A stretch of 64,000 bases of DNA from Camelus dromedarius. Its lineage: Eukaryota. Where the stretch lies: positions 35,526,001 to 35,590,000 of the forward strand of contig NC_087442.1 in assembly GCF_036321535.1 (NCBI RefSeq), given 5' to 3'. Position numbers and translations under genes: made by a program. Positions 1 to 12,225 of the stretch are shown piece by piece. How positions within the stretch are numbered: position 1 is the stretch's first letter; every line of letters begins with the position of its first letter. Under the pieces are notes generated by a model. It saw only the letters and a list, made by a program, of their open reading frames with translations, searched no databases and was not told the DNA's origin.

Positions 1-262
1 TCATGTGCCAAGCCAGCAACTCTACAGTGACATCTATTAATTTATTCATAGAACCCAGAGCATAGAAGCTAAGAAAAAATTTGAAAATTAGTGTGAATTT
101 GGGAGCTGTGTATTTTAGATACAAATTTTTCCCACCATGTAAACATGTGAAAGAATCACAATTGGTTGTTTTCTCTTCATTATCTCCCTATTCTGAAAAA
201 TACGGTTACAGTTTTAATTTGCGTTTTTAGGATATGAATGCATTTCTTCCATTCATACTTAC

Positions 263-272
263 CTTCAGCCAT
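263..272 (-). CDS. Candidate coding end of a first exon (M-A-E + 1 nt) of an unidentified minus-strand gene continuing left of the window
   Basis: Minus strand reads ...ATTGAA ATG GCT GAA G|GTAAGTATG: strong Kozak context (G at -3, G at +4) directly followed by a consensus donor (GT at 262-261). There is an in-frame TAG upstream with no intervening in-frame ATG. No downstream exon lies in the window, so this is unconfirmed. Confidence 0.3.
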
Positions 273-854
273 TTCAATATGAATACACACACATGCACCC
301 AACTTCTTAATACTCCTGCTACACAGACAGACATCGAGCAGTTTCCAAGGGAACACTGCTTCAAGGCAATGATCCTATTAAAAAGATCCTTCTGAGAACA
401 AATATTCATTCCCTTCAATAGCATTCAGAAGCATTAAATCAGAGCCACTCCTCTCGAAATGCAGGGAACAATCCCGCACTTAACCGTCACAGGGTAGCAG
501 ACAATGTTCCTCTTAAAAGCATAATTATTCTACAGGGTGGCAGTGCTGATATGGACCATTAGCTCTGACAGTGAAAAGCTTCCAATTCCTGTCCAATTGA
601 AAAGCTGCTTGAGATGACAAGAGATCTACAAATCATGATTATCTTAAAATCAGAGTATTAGGCCATGTTGCTGAAAAGGCCCTCCAGAGATCCGATGCCC
701 AAGTCCCATGACTCAGGTGGGGAGCATACTCAGAAACGAGACTAGATGAGTGGTCTTTAATGGGTGCTGCTCGCCTAGTAGTAACCATCAGAGCACTAGA
801 ATACCTTTTAAAATTGTTATTTTTAAAATTGCTCTCATTACCAAACAATACAAT

Positions 855-1340
855 TTAGAAAACATAGAAAAGCACACAGGAAAAATAAAAATCAATCATA
901 CGCCTACCACCCAGAGAACCACTGTTACGTTTTGTGGCATTTTTCTAAAGTTATCCCTTAGTTCTATATTTGCTTTTATAAAGACTCAAATGTGACCATG
1001 ATCTACACAGTATTTTCTAATGTACTTTTTTCACAGAATACTTAGCTGTAAATATTTTCTCCATATTACCAAATATTCTAATCAAGATTTTGAATGACTG
1101 CAGTGAATTCCAAATTACCATACTAGAATTTATTTAACAACTACTCATTTGGGGACACTAGATTGTTTCTGATTTTTCATTTCACAACTAATAGGGTATT
1201 AGACAACCTCAAAAATATACTTTTAGGTACAAGATGTACAATTTCTACAGGACAAATCCCTAGAAGGAGAACTGCTGGATCATAGAATATACGTGTGTGA
1301 AGACTTTTGATACACTTTGCCAAAGGAGGCCTCAGAAAAG
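855..1340 (-). mobile_element. Old L1 (L1ME-like) 3' fragment
   Basis: Antisense L1M 3'-end motifs: 'cctaccacccagagaaccactgtt', 'ttggggacactagattgtttc', 'ccctagaaggagaactgctggatcatag'. Confidence 0.65.
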
Positions 1341-1967
1341 TAATTAATTAACAATGGAAAGTCCACCGTCAGTGTGAGAACGGACGTCAGACACGGCTCT
1401 GGGATCCTCAGGCAAGGTCCCCCCAGGACAGTTAATGTGTTCATAGCAATGACAAGAGGGAGTCTGCCACCTCTTTAAGGCCAGAAATCGATTCACTGAG
1501 AAATATTAGATTTACACTGAAAAGTAAGAATGAAGCAAGGTTTGCTAATAATGTTAATGTATGAATACTTCTAAGCATCTGTGGATATTCCACAGAGAAA
1601 ATGCAGCAGCAAGTTCCAGTTCCCCCTCAAAAATGGAAGTACTGAGCCATAGCTAAAGGACTGGTCTCTCTTTGGTTCGGTCTGGAAAGTTCTTTCTGAT
1701 ATAGCAGAGCATTCTGTTAGTGCTTAGCACCACTCTTTTCTTATATGTCTCAGTGATAGGATAAAAGGACCCTTAATACAAATGCCTGATTATCAGACAA
1801 CATAAACTCAATCAGCTACAAATCCCATACAGGAATATAAAGATGTAAATCTTATCCATTTTTAAACATTGGGAAGTTAGTGAAGCGTGTATCAAACTGG
1901 AGTAAAGTAATTCAAATTCTTTTTTTTATCATGAAAGATTATATTTATATTATGAAGGTACGTACTT

Positions 1968-2245
1968 TTTTTTAAACTTTTTCTTTTAGAGAAGTTTTAC
2001 ATTTATAATAAAATTGAAAGGAAGATACAGAGATTTCCCATATACTCCCTGCCCCTACCCATGCATAGCCTCATTGTTAATGACATCACTCACCAGAGTG
2101 GTAAATTTTTTACAAAGGATGAACCTATACTGACACCTCATAACCACCAAAGTACATAGTTTACCACAGGGTTTACTCTTGGTGTTTTACATTCTGTAGG
2201 TTTGGACATATGTATAATGACATATATCCATCATTATAATATTAT
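1968..2245 (-). mobile_element. L1MA/L1MB-like 3' UTR fragment
   Basis: Poly-T start; 'gatgaacctatactgacacctcataaccaccaaagtacatagtttacc...ctcttggtgttttacattctgtaggtttggaca' matches the L1MA/MB 3' end. Confidence 0.75.
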
Positions 2246-2261
2246 TCTTTTTTTTTTTTCA

Positions 2262-2570
2262 TAGACTAGAGCCTTATCAATTTTATTCATTTTTTCTGAT
2301 GACAAGCTTTTGGTTTAATTGACTTTCTCTATTGATTTCCCATTTTTCAAGTTTATTTATTTATGCTCTAATTCTTATTATTTCTTTTCTTCTGCTTACT
2401 TGGGGTTTAGTTGGCTCTTCATTTTCTATTTTCCTAAGGTGGAAACTTAGATTAATGATTTTAGATTTTTCTTCTTTTCTAATATATGCATTCAATGCTA
2501 TAAACTTCACTCTGAGCATTGCTTTCACAGCATCTCACAAGTTTTGATAAGTTCATTTTCATTTTAAACT
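2262..2570 (-). mobile_element. L1 ORF2 fragment (region after the endonuclease domain)
   Basis: Minus-strand translation ...[38 protein letters not shown]... matches L1 ORF2p '[25 protein letters not shown]'. Confidence 0.85.
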
Positions 2571-2842
2571 CATTTTTAAAACCATCCTGACAGTCAGGCA
2601 AAACACACTGAGGAGAAAACTTACTCATGGACATCCAGATTGCAACCCTATTTAAAAAAAAAAAAAAAGCAGAACTATTATAGATTATTCTCAGTCTCTC
2701 ATTAATGATTTTTCAAAGTATGCTTTGGGCAGCAAACATTAATTGAAGGATTTTTGTGGATGTTTGCTTTGATGTGCTCTTTAAAAAGAAATACTCTAAC
2801 TGAAACTGTGACATTTCATTTATTAATACTGAAATAGGGCTT

Positions 2843-2985
2843 CTTTTTTCTTTTTATTGAAGTATAGTTGATTTACAATGTTGTGTTTGTTTCTGGTGTA
2901 CAGCACAAGGATTCAGTTATACATATATTCTTTTTCATATTCTTTTTTCATTATAGATTATTATAAGCTATTGAATATAGTTTGG
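2843..2985 (-). mobile_element. Short 3' end of a laurasiatherian/camelid-type L1
   Basis: 'ttttattgaagtatagttgatttacaatgttgtg...ctggtgtacagca...ttgaatatagt'; same family as 38.8 kb and 57.4 kb. Confidence 0.8.
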
Positions 2986-3104
2986 GTTTCTTTTTAATAT
3001 AAGCCTCTGTCTTGTGTTGCTGTGTTCTACCTTGCTACAGCAATCTTGTGTTGTCCCTATCCTGGCAATGGAAAATTGTTCCAAATTTATTTTGTTAATA
3101 ATAA

Positions 3105-3340
3105 TCATATTAGTTAATATTTCCTGAGTACTTAATGGATTCAGATCAACTGATCTTGTTTTAGCTGAAAAGTCATTTCCCTATTACCCACCTCCCCATA
3201 GCGGTGCTGAAGATTTTCCTTTTAACCATTTTCCCCACAAAATATATAAAGCCTACCTACTCTTAGTGTAAGAATGAGGTCACTTAGATACCAAGAGATT
3301 AAGTGAGTTGCCCAAAGTTAAATGAGCTTTTGGCGTTTGG
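3105..3340 (-). mobile_element. Degenerate MIR fragments
   Basis: 'aataataatc...ttcctgagtacttaatg' and 'agagattaagtgagttgcccaaagtta' resemble the MIR core in antisense. Confidence 0.45.
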
Positions 3341-4496
3341 ATATGGCAGCATACTCCAGTCACTGATTATAGAGTTAAATTTGTAAGTTTTTCACTATAC
3401 AAGTAAGCCTCCTTAATCACAAAGTCTCCCAAAACAAGAGCATGTGCAAAAAAAAGAAGGGAAGCATGGAAAAGAAAAACCATGCATGACCCTCACAAAA
3501 TTTGATTTTGAGTTAGTGAGGCTGATGTCCCAAGAGAGCAGAACTCTATTCAAGCCTAATGCTTTTGGAGGGTGGCAATTTATTGAACCCACAAGCTGAA
3601 GCAATCCCAAGGGGGCTGCTTATTCAGAGGAGGCATATTAATCCATTAAGCTAATGCTTTAACATAAAAGGCTAGACTTCCTACATTAGCTTCAGTGACC
3701 CAAGTGATTTTGCCCATTTGAATAAAATAAGTTTTGATGTGAGCAATATAAAAAAACAAATGAGCATCAGATTCCACGTGTGTGTGTGTGTACGTGTGTG
3801 TGTTCCATCTGTTGGTTTCAATTCCTAGCCTAGACCTTTGTATTACTTTGAAAATCACAAAATATTCCATACTCTGAAACACGTATTTGATCTGAAAAAG
3901 AAATTGCAACCAAAAGCCTGTGCTTATCTGGATAAAATGAAAGTTTTCTGAATGTGTTTAAGGGGAAAATGCTTTATAAAGGAAAAGATAAGTTGTGACA
4001 GCTTGGGGCTCGAAAATAACAATGAAATGAAACTGTACTTTGATTATAATTAGAAAGGCTTCGAGAGTACTGAAATGTGAGTAAACTGTGTTTTCAGTGA
4101 AGTTTGCTCTTAAATATGTTGAAATATAATTTTCACTAAATCTTAATAAATCATTTATGGCACCTGTTAAGTGTATAACAGGATCATACAAAGACATTAG
4201 TAAATTCCATCCTACTAATAGCATAAGGCAAAACAAAAGTGCATGATTAACAGTGACAGTTTGAGAGAATAGCTCCAAGCAATTTGAAGACCCAAGAAAC
4301 AAAAGGTTCAAAAGAAACAAGTTACTTTCATTGAGTGAATAGAAGTAACTTTAAAATTAGGATTGTTATAAAATGCTACTTAAAATGAGCTACGGGAAAG
4401 GAATGAAAGAGAACCTATTTTATTCTCAAAAAGCCTACTCTGTCAGGGTTGTTGGAGAACCAATTATTCTCAGGAGTTTGTCAAATAAACGCCTCT

Positions 4497-4628
4497 NNNN
4501 NNNNNNNNNNNNNNNNNNNNNNNNNNNNNNNNNNNNNNNNNNNNNNNNNNNNNNNNNNNNNNNNNNNNNNNNNNNNNNNNNNNNNNNNNNNNNNNNNNNN
4601 NNNNNNNNNNNNNNNNNNNNNNNNNNNN
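4497..4628. other. 132-nt N block in unique sequence
   Basis: Directly seen; the flanks are not recognisable repeats. Confidence 0.95.
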
Positions 4629-6589
4629 GAACATGACACGTTTTACAGCAAAGGGTTTAACGTGGGAAATTGCATGAAAACGAGAGTGAAAAAAGAAATT
4701 AATTTAATGCTGTTCTTCATGCCAGTACCGTTTCAGAATTTTACAAGAAACACAAACCACATAACCACTAAATTCTGGTTTCATTGATCCAAATCCCCTC
4801 CAAGTTATCCAACCCACCCACCCACTTGTCTCATTTTAAATATTTATGAACACAGCTTTTATTTAGAATAATTATCGATTGCTAATTGTTATATTAATAA
4901 CAGAAAATTAAAATTCAACACTGAAACAGATGGCCTCCCTTCCATTCCACTCCAGTCTCTTTATCTTATTGAAAACTCTTCTAAAAGCCAAAAACTATTG
5001 ATCAGTTGGATGGGTTTTACAATATGTTTGTTATTACTCAAGATGGGGTGTCAGTGAAAGCTTTTCTTAGTGAGAGGCAATTATTTTGATCTGGAAAAAG
5101 TTCACAACATGTTTGATAATCAACATTTGCCTAAGCATAAATATTTTCTCCCTTTTTCCATGAAAAAAAAAATAGAATCACTTACTCTTTGATGTTTTAT
5201 TAAATGTTAATCTGGTAAATATTTAATACTCAGTGAAAATGTAGATCATGCATTTACATATATTTGATAATATCTTTTTAGTATAGTCTGTCTGGGACTT
5301 GGATCTACACGACTATTGCTTCTCTCTCCATTCTGTGACCCTCTTCCGACCTCCCATGTCACCCTGACAAAACGGACACCATGATCCTGTCTGGGGTACA
5401 GATACTTTCCCAATTAAGCCATTCCCGTCCATTCATACACTGCATGACTGAAGGCCAATAAAAATCCTTTCCAACATAAAAATATTATATATCATCATTT
5501 TTAAAAGTATAATAAAGATATAAATACAAGTTCGATTCTTGTAAGGCCTTCTTACACATTTCACAACACTGCTTTATTTTAATATTTATAGTCATTTTCC
5601 ACGCACATAAGAAAATTTAATAATTTTATTTTCATGCAAAAGGTAATAAAACATAAGTTCCTGTAAAGTAATTGGCAAAAAAGCACTTTAGACTGAGTAG
5701 GTAAATTATAAATATTTTAGTCATATTATATAGGTAAATAACAGTAATGTCAACTTTTTCTTTCTAAAAATGCATTTATTCTGTGTATTTTCTTTAATCA
5801 GAAACATTAACAAGAATTTTAATAAGATAAATGTGTCTATGCCATTTATATGAGTAATATTTTGGTTTCCTTGCATTAACCAACTGCATTTCAGAATGGA
5901 AAACATCAAAATTTGGGTAGCCAGCTTCATTCAGCTGTCACCTTATTATTTATTAACAAACTAAGATTCAGTCAAGATACTGTGCTTTCCTGCTTTTTCA
6001 AATTGTAAACCATTTCTCAATTGCAAACAATTTAGCAAATAGAAACCATTCTTCCTAATCCTGCAGGAGGAATTTTGTTAGAAGCTTCATTGTCTCTACG
6101 GCACTCTTGTGATAGCTTTCTTGGAAAAACTACAAATGAGACAGAACTCCGAGATGGAACTTTGTCTCTAAGAATGATGATAGATCTTAGTTCTGGGGCT
6201 GGAGACCCTCAACTTTGAAGTGCAAGCAAATGAGCCCCTTCTGACAAATGTTGCCCCTCCCCAGGCTGCAGGCCAGCTCTGACCTGATGCAGTGATTCTA
6301 GCAGAATTCCGGATAGCTTTTTCCCACAGTAGCAACCAGGACAAAGGGAGATCCCCAACAACAGTCAGGCAGGGTACAAGAGGGTAAAGCCAGAGACACA
6401 GTGCTGAGCACGAATGAGGTGGGAAGGCAAAAGAGAAGCTGTGCCTCGAAAGATAAATCTCGTGTGAGAAGCGTGAAGGATAAGGACCAAGCCAGGATAT
6501 GGTGTCTCAATGGGTGAAGGCGAGAAGTTCAGGATGAAAACCATGACCACACATGGATGTTCGGTGATGACGGCTATGTGCCATAACAA

Positions 6590-7045
6590 TGGGCTATATG
6601 ATTAATAGGACCTGTAAGACTGGACGTAAGTTTTAGTTTCTCTTCTGTAGGCAATAGGAATCTATCTAGAATCCTGAGCAGGAACATGACATGATCTGAT
6701 ACGGATTTTAGAGGTTTCACTCCAGTGTCAGTGTGATAGACTGCAGAAATACGAAGCAGAAGGCGGCAAGAATATTGGGAAACAAGAAATGACATAGGTG
6801 TAAGTGAGGGCACTAGAATTGGGGTGTGTTTGGAAGCTATTCAGGAAGTAGAACCATAGGGATTGGTAACAAATTACCTGTTGGGTCTATGGGGCTTAAA
6901 ATGGTATTTTTACATTATTCTCAGGTCTGGCTTGGCCAAATGTGGGGATAATGGTCCTATTCACAAAGATGTGAAAATTCAAAGAGAAGAAAAGATTTTC
7001 AAGTAAAAGTGATGAGGTCATTTTTAAAGGTTTTGTTAAGTAAAG
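6590..7045 (-). mobile_element. L2 fragment
   Basis: 'tgagcaggaacatgacatgatctgatacggattttagaggtttcactcc', 'aggaagtagaaccatagggattggtaac' are typical antisense L2 motifs. Confidence 0.65.
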
Positions 7046-7344
7046 TAAAAGTATCCAGCCCGAACCAAAGTGAGAGCATGTCTGCAGCCACTCTGGCTTA
7101 ATCTTCTAATCTTTCAGGAGGAATCAGGATTTGCAGCCAGAATCTCACTGTAGAGTGCTCACAAATGCTTGGCAGTGTTCCTAAATCAACGTTATTAGTC
7201 AGCCTTGCTTAGTTTTTCATTTTTAGTGTAAGTCTAGTATTTCTCAATGATTTAACTTCTGGCCTTCAAGAGGTGGCAGAATCCCCACTGTCATCGCTAT
7301 GTAAAGGTGTAACTGTCCTAGGAGGAGCTTGCCAGAAGAAATGA

Positions 7345-7610
7345 AAACTTGCTGTTTCTGGTGTCCATTCATATACAATGATGGTGGAATTTCCATTGTT
7401 ATTACCTTCCTGAGGAATACTCTGACAAAGTGCACCAAAAGTCTTAACACACTTATATTCCATGATCTAGCACTTTCTCTTCTGGAAGTTTGCCCTAAGG
7501 AAATTATCACAAATGTGCACAAAGATTTGTGTATGATAATACCCAGCACACCATTAGTTCTAAGAGTCAAGAATCTAAGGACCGGCAGATGGAATTGTTG
7601 AATAACCAAC
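7345..7610 (+). mobile_element. Old L1 (L1ME-like) ORF2 3' fragment
   Basis: 'tattccatgatctagcactttctcttctggaagtttgccctaaggaaattatcacaaatgtgcacaaagattt' matches the degenerate ORF2 C-terminal region. Confidence 0.65.
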
Positions 7611-8654
7611 TGTAAATAGCTAACCCCCTACAAATCCACCTTCCCCCTTTGAATGGGCATATTTAATCTGCAGATCTCAGTCCTTCCCTACCTCTTCCAT
7701 CTTCCCCTAATCTAGATCCTATTCTTGCCCTCATGTTGCCTCCTGCCTATTTCATGTTTGATCCACTCTGAATCTAGATCGGTACTCTAAATTCTACCTG
7801 TCTGTTCCCCATCCAGTCCTCACAACACTCTTCTTCTCTGGGTCACAGTTAATCTGATACTCAAGTGCAGGTAACAATTCATGTATAACTCCAGAAACAC
7901 TGTATGCGTCTCCAGTATTTCCCAATATGAGATGTTTATTTTAGCATGAATCTCCTGAACACATGTCTTATGTTTCTTGTGTCCATGAAGGAGTAATTCC
8001 AAGGATGGGGATTCCAAACAAAGCAGAAGACAAGAATGCCATGACAACTGAGTCAGGTACATACTTCAGGAAATGGGGATTTCTGGTATCTCTCTTTTCA
8101 TCCAGCTATTTATTCCATTCTATAACTGGGTTCACCCTGGTCTCTGAGCCATTAGAAGGCTGATCATATACTGCTTTTCTGGAAAATTACAATAAATTGA
8201 TGTTTCCAACAAATATTTATCATGCAAAACATTGCCATTATTCCTGAAAGACTGAAGTCATTACAGACAGATGCTCGTTGAGTATATGAATACAGCCAAT
8301 ATCTTCACCAGTTAATGACTAACGGTCAGCTGAAGAACTGAGAACACTAACAAAAAATTTAGCTTTACATAATTAAACTATTTTGTGTGTGTGTGTGTAC
8401 TAAGGTTTGAAAATTTTTTTATTAGTTAAACTATTAAGATGCATCATAAAATTTTCTAAAATATGCTGTTCTAAATGCCGCCTTTCTCAAACTCATGGAA
8501 CCACCCATGGGAGCCGCAGCAAATTCATAAAGGTGCCATGGGATATTCTAATTGTCAAGGGAAACACAGCGACATCTGCCGGATACCACACAAACACATG
8601 CTCTGAGATAGTTCATTTTCAACATGTACATTTCTTTTGATGTCATATTATTCC

Positions 8655-8745
8655 CAGTTTTATTGAGATATGATTAACATATAATATTGTATTAGTTTTA
8701 GGTGTACAACCTGATGATTTGGTATATGTATATACTGCAGTGATA
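8655..8745 (-). mobile_element. L1 3' terminal fragment
   Basis: 'tttattgagatatgattaacatataatattgtattagttttaggtgtacaac'. Confidence 0.65.
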
Positions 8746-11729
8746 TCATATCTCTATGAAACATTTTCAGCAGTTGCTGTGATAAAAATCAAGAACTAAA
8801 CAAAAATCAACATAAAACAAGGAATGAGAGTAGTCGTCCACTTGATCCTATAGTTTGAGAATTTGTGTGGTGGCACAGTCATTCACATTCTGATAGTAAA
8901 TAACTGTGGGTATTTAAAAATAAAAATATTATTTTTCTTTCCAGTCTATGTGTATTATTTTTCCAACTAGCTTCTATGATGCTAGGATAAAAGTACTTAT
9001 GTTACTTGGGCCTAAATATTTAACAAATAGGTCTACTAGGCAAGTCTTTTGGCCTCAGGGTGAGGTGAAAAAATTACCAGACACTGAAAGTTCTTTTTAC
9101 AGACGTTTGGAAGCCTCTGCCTAAATGTTATGAAACTCTAGACACATTTATTATTATTACACCTTGTTTCTTTCACAAAATTGAGTGAAAAAATTTTTAT
9201 ACAACTTTATTTGATTATTACAAAAAGTATTTAACTTTCAAATATAAAGAAATTCTTCATTTGTATCCCTTTTTTGTGTGTGTCCTTAAATATTGTTAGC
9301 ACTTGTTCAGGATTTTAAAAAAGTAAACATTAAATCCTTACTTTCAGAAGAATTAATTTCTCCTTCTACCTTTGGTTTCATATTTCTGTAATTTAGGCAG
9401 TACGGACTTTTAGGTAAAGTGCCTGGTAATTAGTTGCCAAAGAATATATTTGTATGGAAATTTCTCTTCAGGCCTCTTCACTGATGCATAAATATAATAA
9501 GGAAACTTTAGCCTCATTGATAAAAGAAGAAACACCTGAGGCGATGCCAATGAAGCCAAAATCTTTTATAAAATTGCAGGGGTGTGTGTGTGTTTTAGTT
9601 TCAGTACCCACACTAGCACCAATTATTCAAAACAGCTTACTTTATGTAAATTAGTCTCTTCAAAAACTTCCTTAATCCAGGCAGTTATTAAGTGAAATGG
9701 GATTTACCTCAACTAATGTTTATACAAAGAGGAAAAAACAACACAAGGGAAATTCTATTATAGCTTCAAAGCACTGGGCTCTCTGTTTACTTACAACCCC
9801 TCCTCTGGCAAGAACAAAGAGCAGGGTGTAATTATTTTCTTGACTGTCATTTTTAAGTTTTAATTTGACCCAGCATTTTAAGGAAAAGAGAAGAGGCATA
9901 CAACGCAGAAGTCCTTTTGTCCATACCAGTCTGGGCCACATAAATTTTGCCATTAATTCCAAAAGGGACATATTTAAGAAAACCTGTATTTTTGTGCTTG
10001 GAAAATAAGGTAGACTGATCTTCCAACAGCATGACTACTTCACTGCTCAAAATCAAAATTATTTTCATTAGAAAATAGACTTCCAACTTGTAATTTTTTT
10101 GCCTCATTTTTGTAACAATGTTTTGAAAAAAATTAAGTGTTCTCAAGAAGATTTACAGTCTTGACATACATTGAGCACCGATTTTACAGTATCAAACTGA
10201 AGGAGTTTAACCAGGTGGTGAAGGTGAGTTTTGATGTCTCTTTCAAAAAAAGTTTCAATTGCTATTTATCATAATTAAGCAACAGGCTGAGAGAAAACCA
10301 GTAATGTTTAGTACCAAATCCATAGTCATTGGTGACAGACTTGATTCTCTTATTTATGTTCAGACTGTGCACGTGCAAATTTAAAACTGACAAACAAAAG
10401 CCTCACCACCTGGAAGTCTAGGAAAATGAATTCTAACATTGTTCCTTTCAAGGTAGTAGCTCACATCCCATACAGGGTAGAAACTTAACTTGGTAGACAG
10501 TTAATTTGGTAGATCCTGGTTTTAGGAATCCAAGAGAGTAAAACTTACCTGGTAACACAAGATGCACAACCGACTTTGAGTCAGAGTGGAATTCAGTTCC
10601 TAAGAGTGTTCTCAGCCTAAGTTGGGAGCCAGGGTAGACTTGGTGCAAGGGGGATTTTGAGGGCAATTATGGGACTGATGTTTTTATTTTTTGCATTTTT
10701 AAAATTTGTCAGTCTTTCATTTTGCCAAGTGATTTTTTTTGTACTACTTTAATACACTGACACCTTCATTCCAGATTCTAAGTAAAAATAAATAAACCTT
10801 AAACACATACTAATTGTCACACAAGCATGCCAGGTTGCAACTATATTCTCCGTCTCAGATGAACCCTGCTAAAGGGAATACAAGATGATATTTTTGGTCC
10901 CCTAGCATCTTCTAGTAATCAGTGCATAATAAACTCCAAGACGTAAGTAAGAGTCACTTACAAAAAAGATGGGGGGAAAATCAGAAAAGTCAAACTCTGC
11001 AATTGAAGTTTATATTAATTAATGTAGAAGGGATGTGATTAGCTTTCTGCAGGAGTGACCCTTGAGAGGCACTTTGAAATGAGTTGTGCAGGAGACCAGG
11101 GTGCCTCTGAATCTCCTTAGGGTCTCCAGTCCAAATGGAAGTCATTGTAGCCTGAGCTTTGATTTGGATAACCTGAGTGACCACTTGCTCTTACTAAATG
11201 CCAACAAAATGCTGCGGCATTCTGCATGAAGTTCAGAAAACAGAGAGTTAATGAATAATAATTTGTTGGGGTTTATTCAGAGAGATCTGGAATGCAAGTC
11301 ATTGGAAATATGTAGTCAGCAGCAGAGCAGGAGTGATTCTCTAGGTTCTGTGACAATCTGACAGAAATAACCTTCAGACTATTGGATTTATTTTACCATT
11401 ATCTCTTATGTTCATATTTGCCTCGCAATTTCTTGATTAGCAACTTGGATTCCAGGGAAGTTTGATAATAAAAAGGGTTATTTTAGATAAAGGTTTTCTA
11501 GTGACAAGAAAGGCAAATCCCCACTGAATATTAATAAGTTAGCACTTGTTTATAAATAAATCCATGAGATTTGTTAGCCTGAAGTCAGTCCCCAGAAGCT
11601 CATCATTCCTTAGTGAACTGATAATATCAAATTTCTTGAAACTGGATTCTGGACCCATAGGAACTTCAGTATGCAAAAGAACCCTGCCTGAGCAAATGTG
11701 CGAAATGGTTCAAAGTAACACACAAAGTA

Positions 11730-12000
11730 TGTCATTATCTATTTGTCAAAACCCATAGAATATACAACACCAAGTTTGAAAGCAAATGCAAATTATGGAT
11801 TTGGGGTGGTAATGATGTGTCAGTGTAGATTCACTGATTGCAACAAATGCACCCCTCTACCACAGCACGTCAGCGGTTTGGAAGATGTGCTTGTGGGTGG
11901 CCAGGGAACATGGCAGCTCTCTATACTTTCCATTCAGCTTTGCTGTGAAACTAAAACTGTTCTAAAAAATAAAGTCTACCAAAAAGAAAAAAGAAAGAAA
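11730..12000 (+). mobile_element. L1MA/L1MB 3' end with AATAAA and A-rich tail
   Basis: 'atttgtcaaaacccatagaatatacaacacc...atgatgtgtcagtgtagattca...cagctttgctgtgaaactaaaactgttctaaaaaataaagtct' followed by an A-rich tail. Confidence 0.85.
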
Positions 12001-12024
12001 GATAAAGTAATCCATGCAACCAGA

Positions 12025-12225
12025 GGAGTTAAATGTACACTTTGGAGTCAAAAGACCTGAGTTACAATCTTGACACTGCCCCTAATTGGGTAACATTTAT
12101 CCTCTCTGAGCCTCAGCTTTTTTAATCTATAAAATGGAGTTAATAAATACGCACCTTGGGTGTCATAAGTTAAAGAAAATAATATATATAAAGCCTGTAG
12201 CACGGTGCCTGACACATTATAAGAT
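12025..12225 (+). mobile_element. MIR SINE
   Basis: 'ctttggagtcaaaagacctgagtt...ctctctgagcctcagc...ctataaaatggag...gcacggtgcctgacaca'. Confidence 0.8.

Noticed and set aside
3958-4320. 120-aa hydrophobic minus-strand ORF
   Set aside because: Composition reflects AT-rich DNA; no homology recognised and no exon signals
10190-10223. Plus-strand mini-exon (ttttacag|...GTGAAG|GTGAGT; IKLKEFNQVVK in one frame)
   Set aside because: Weak polypyrimidine tract, 34 nt long, no partner exons; donor-like 6-mers are expected by chance
10541-10620. Strong minus-strand donor CAG|GTAAGT at 10549
   Set aside because: No matching acceptor found upstream; the same 8-mer also occurs inside an L2 at ~59618, which shows the background rate
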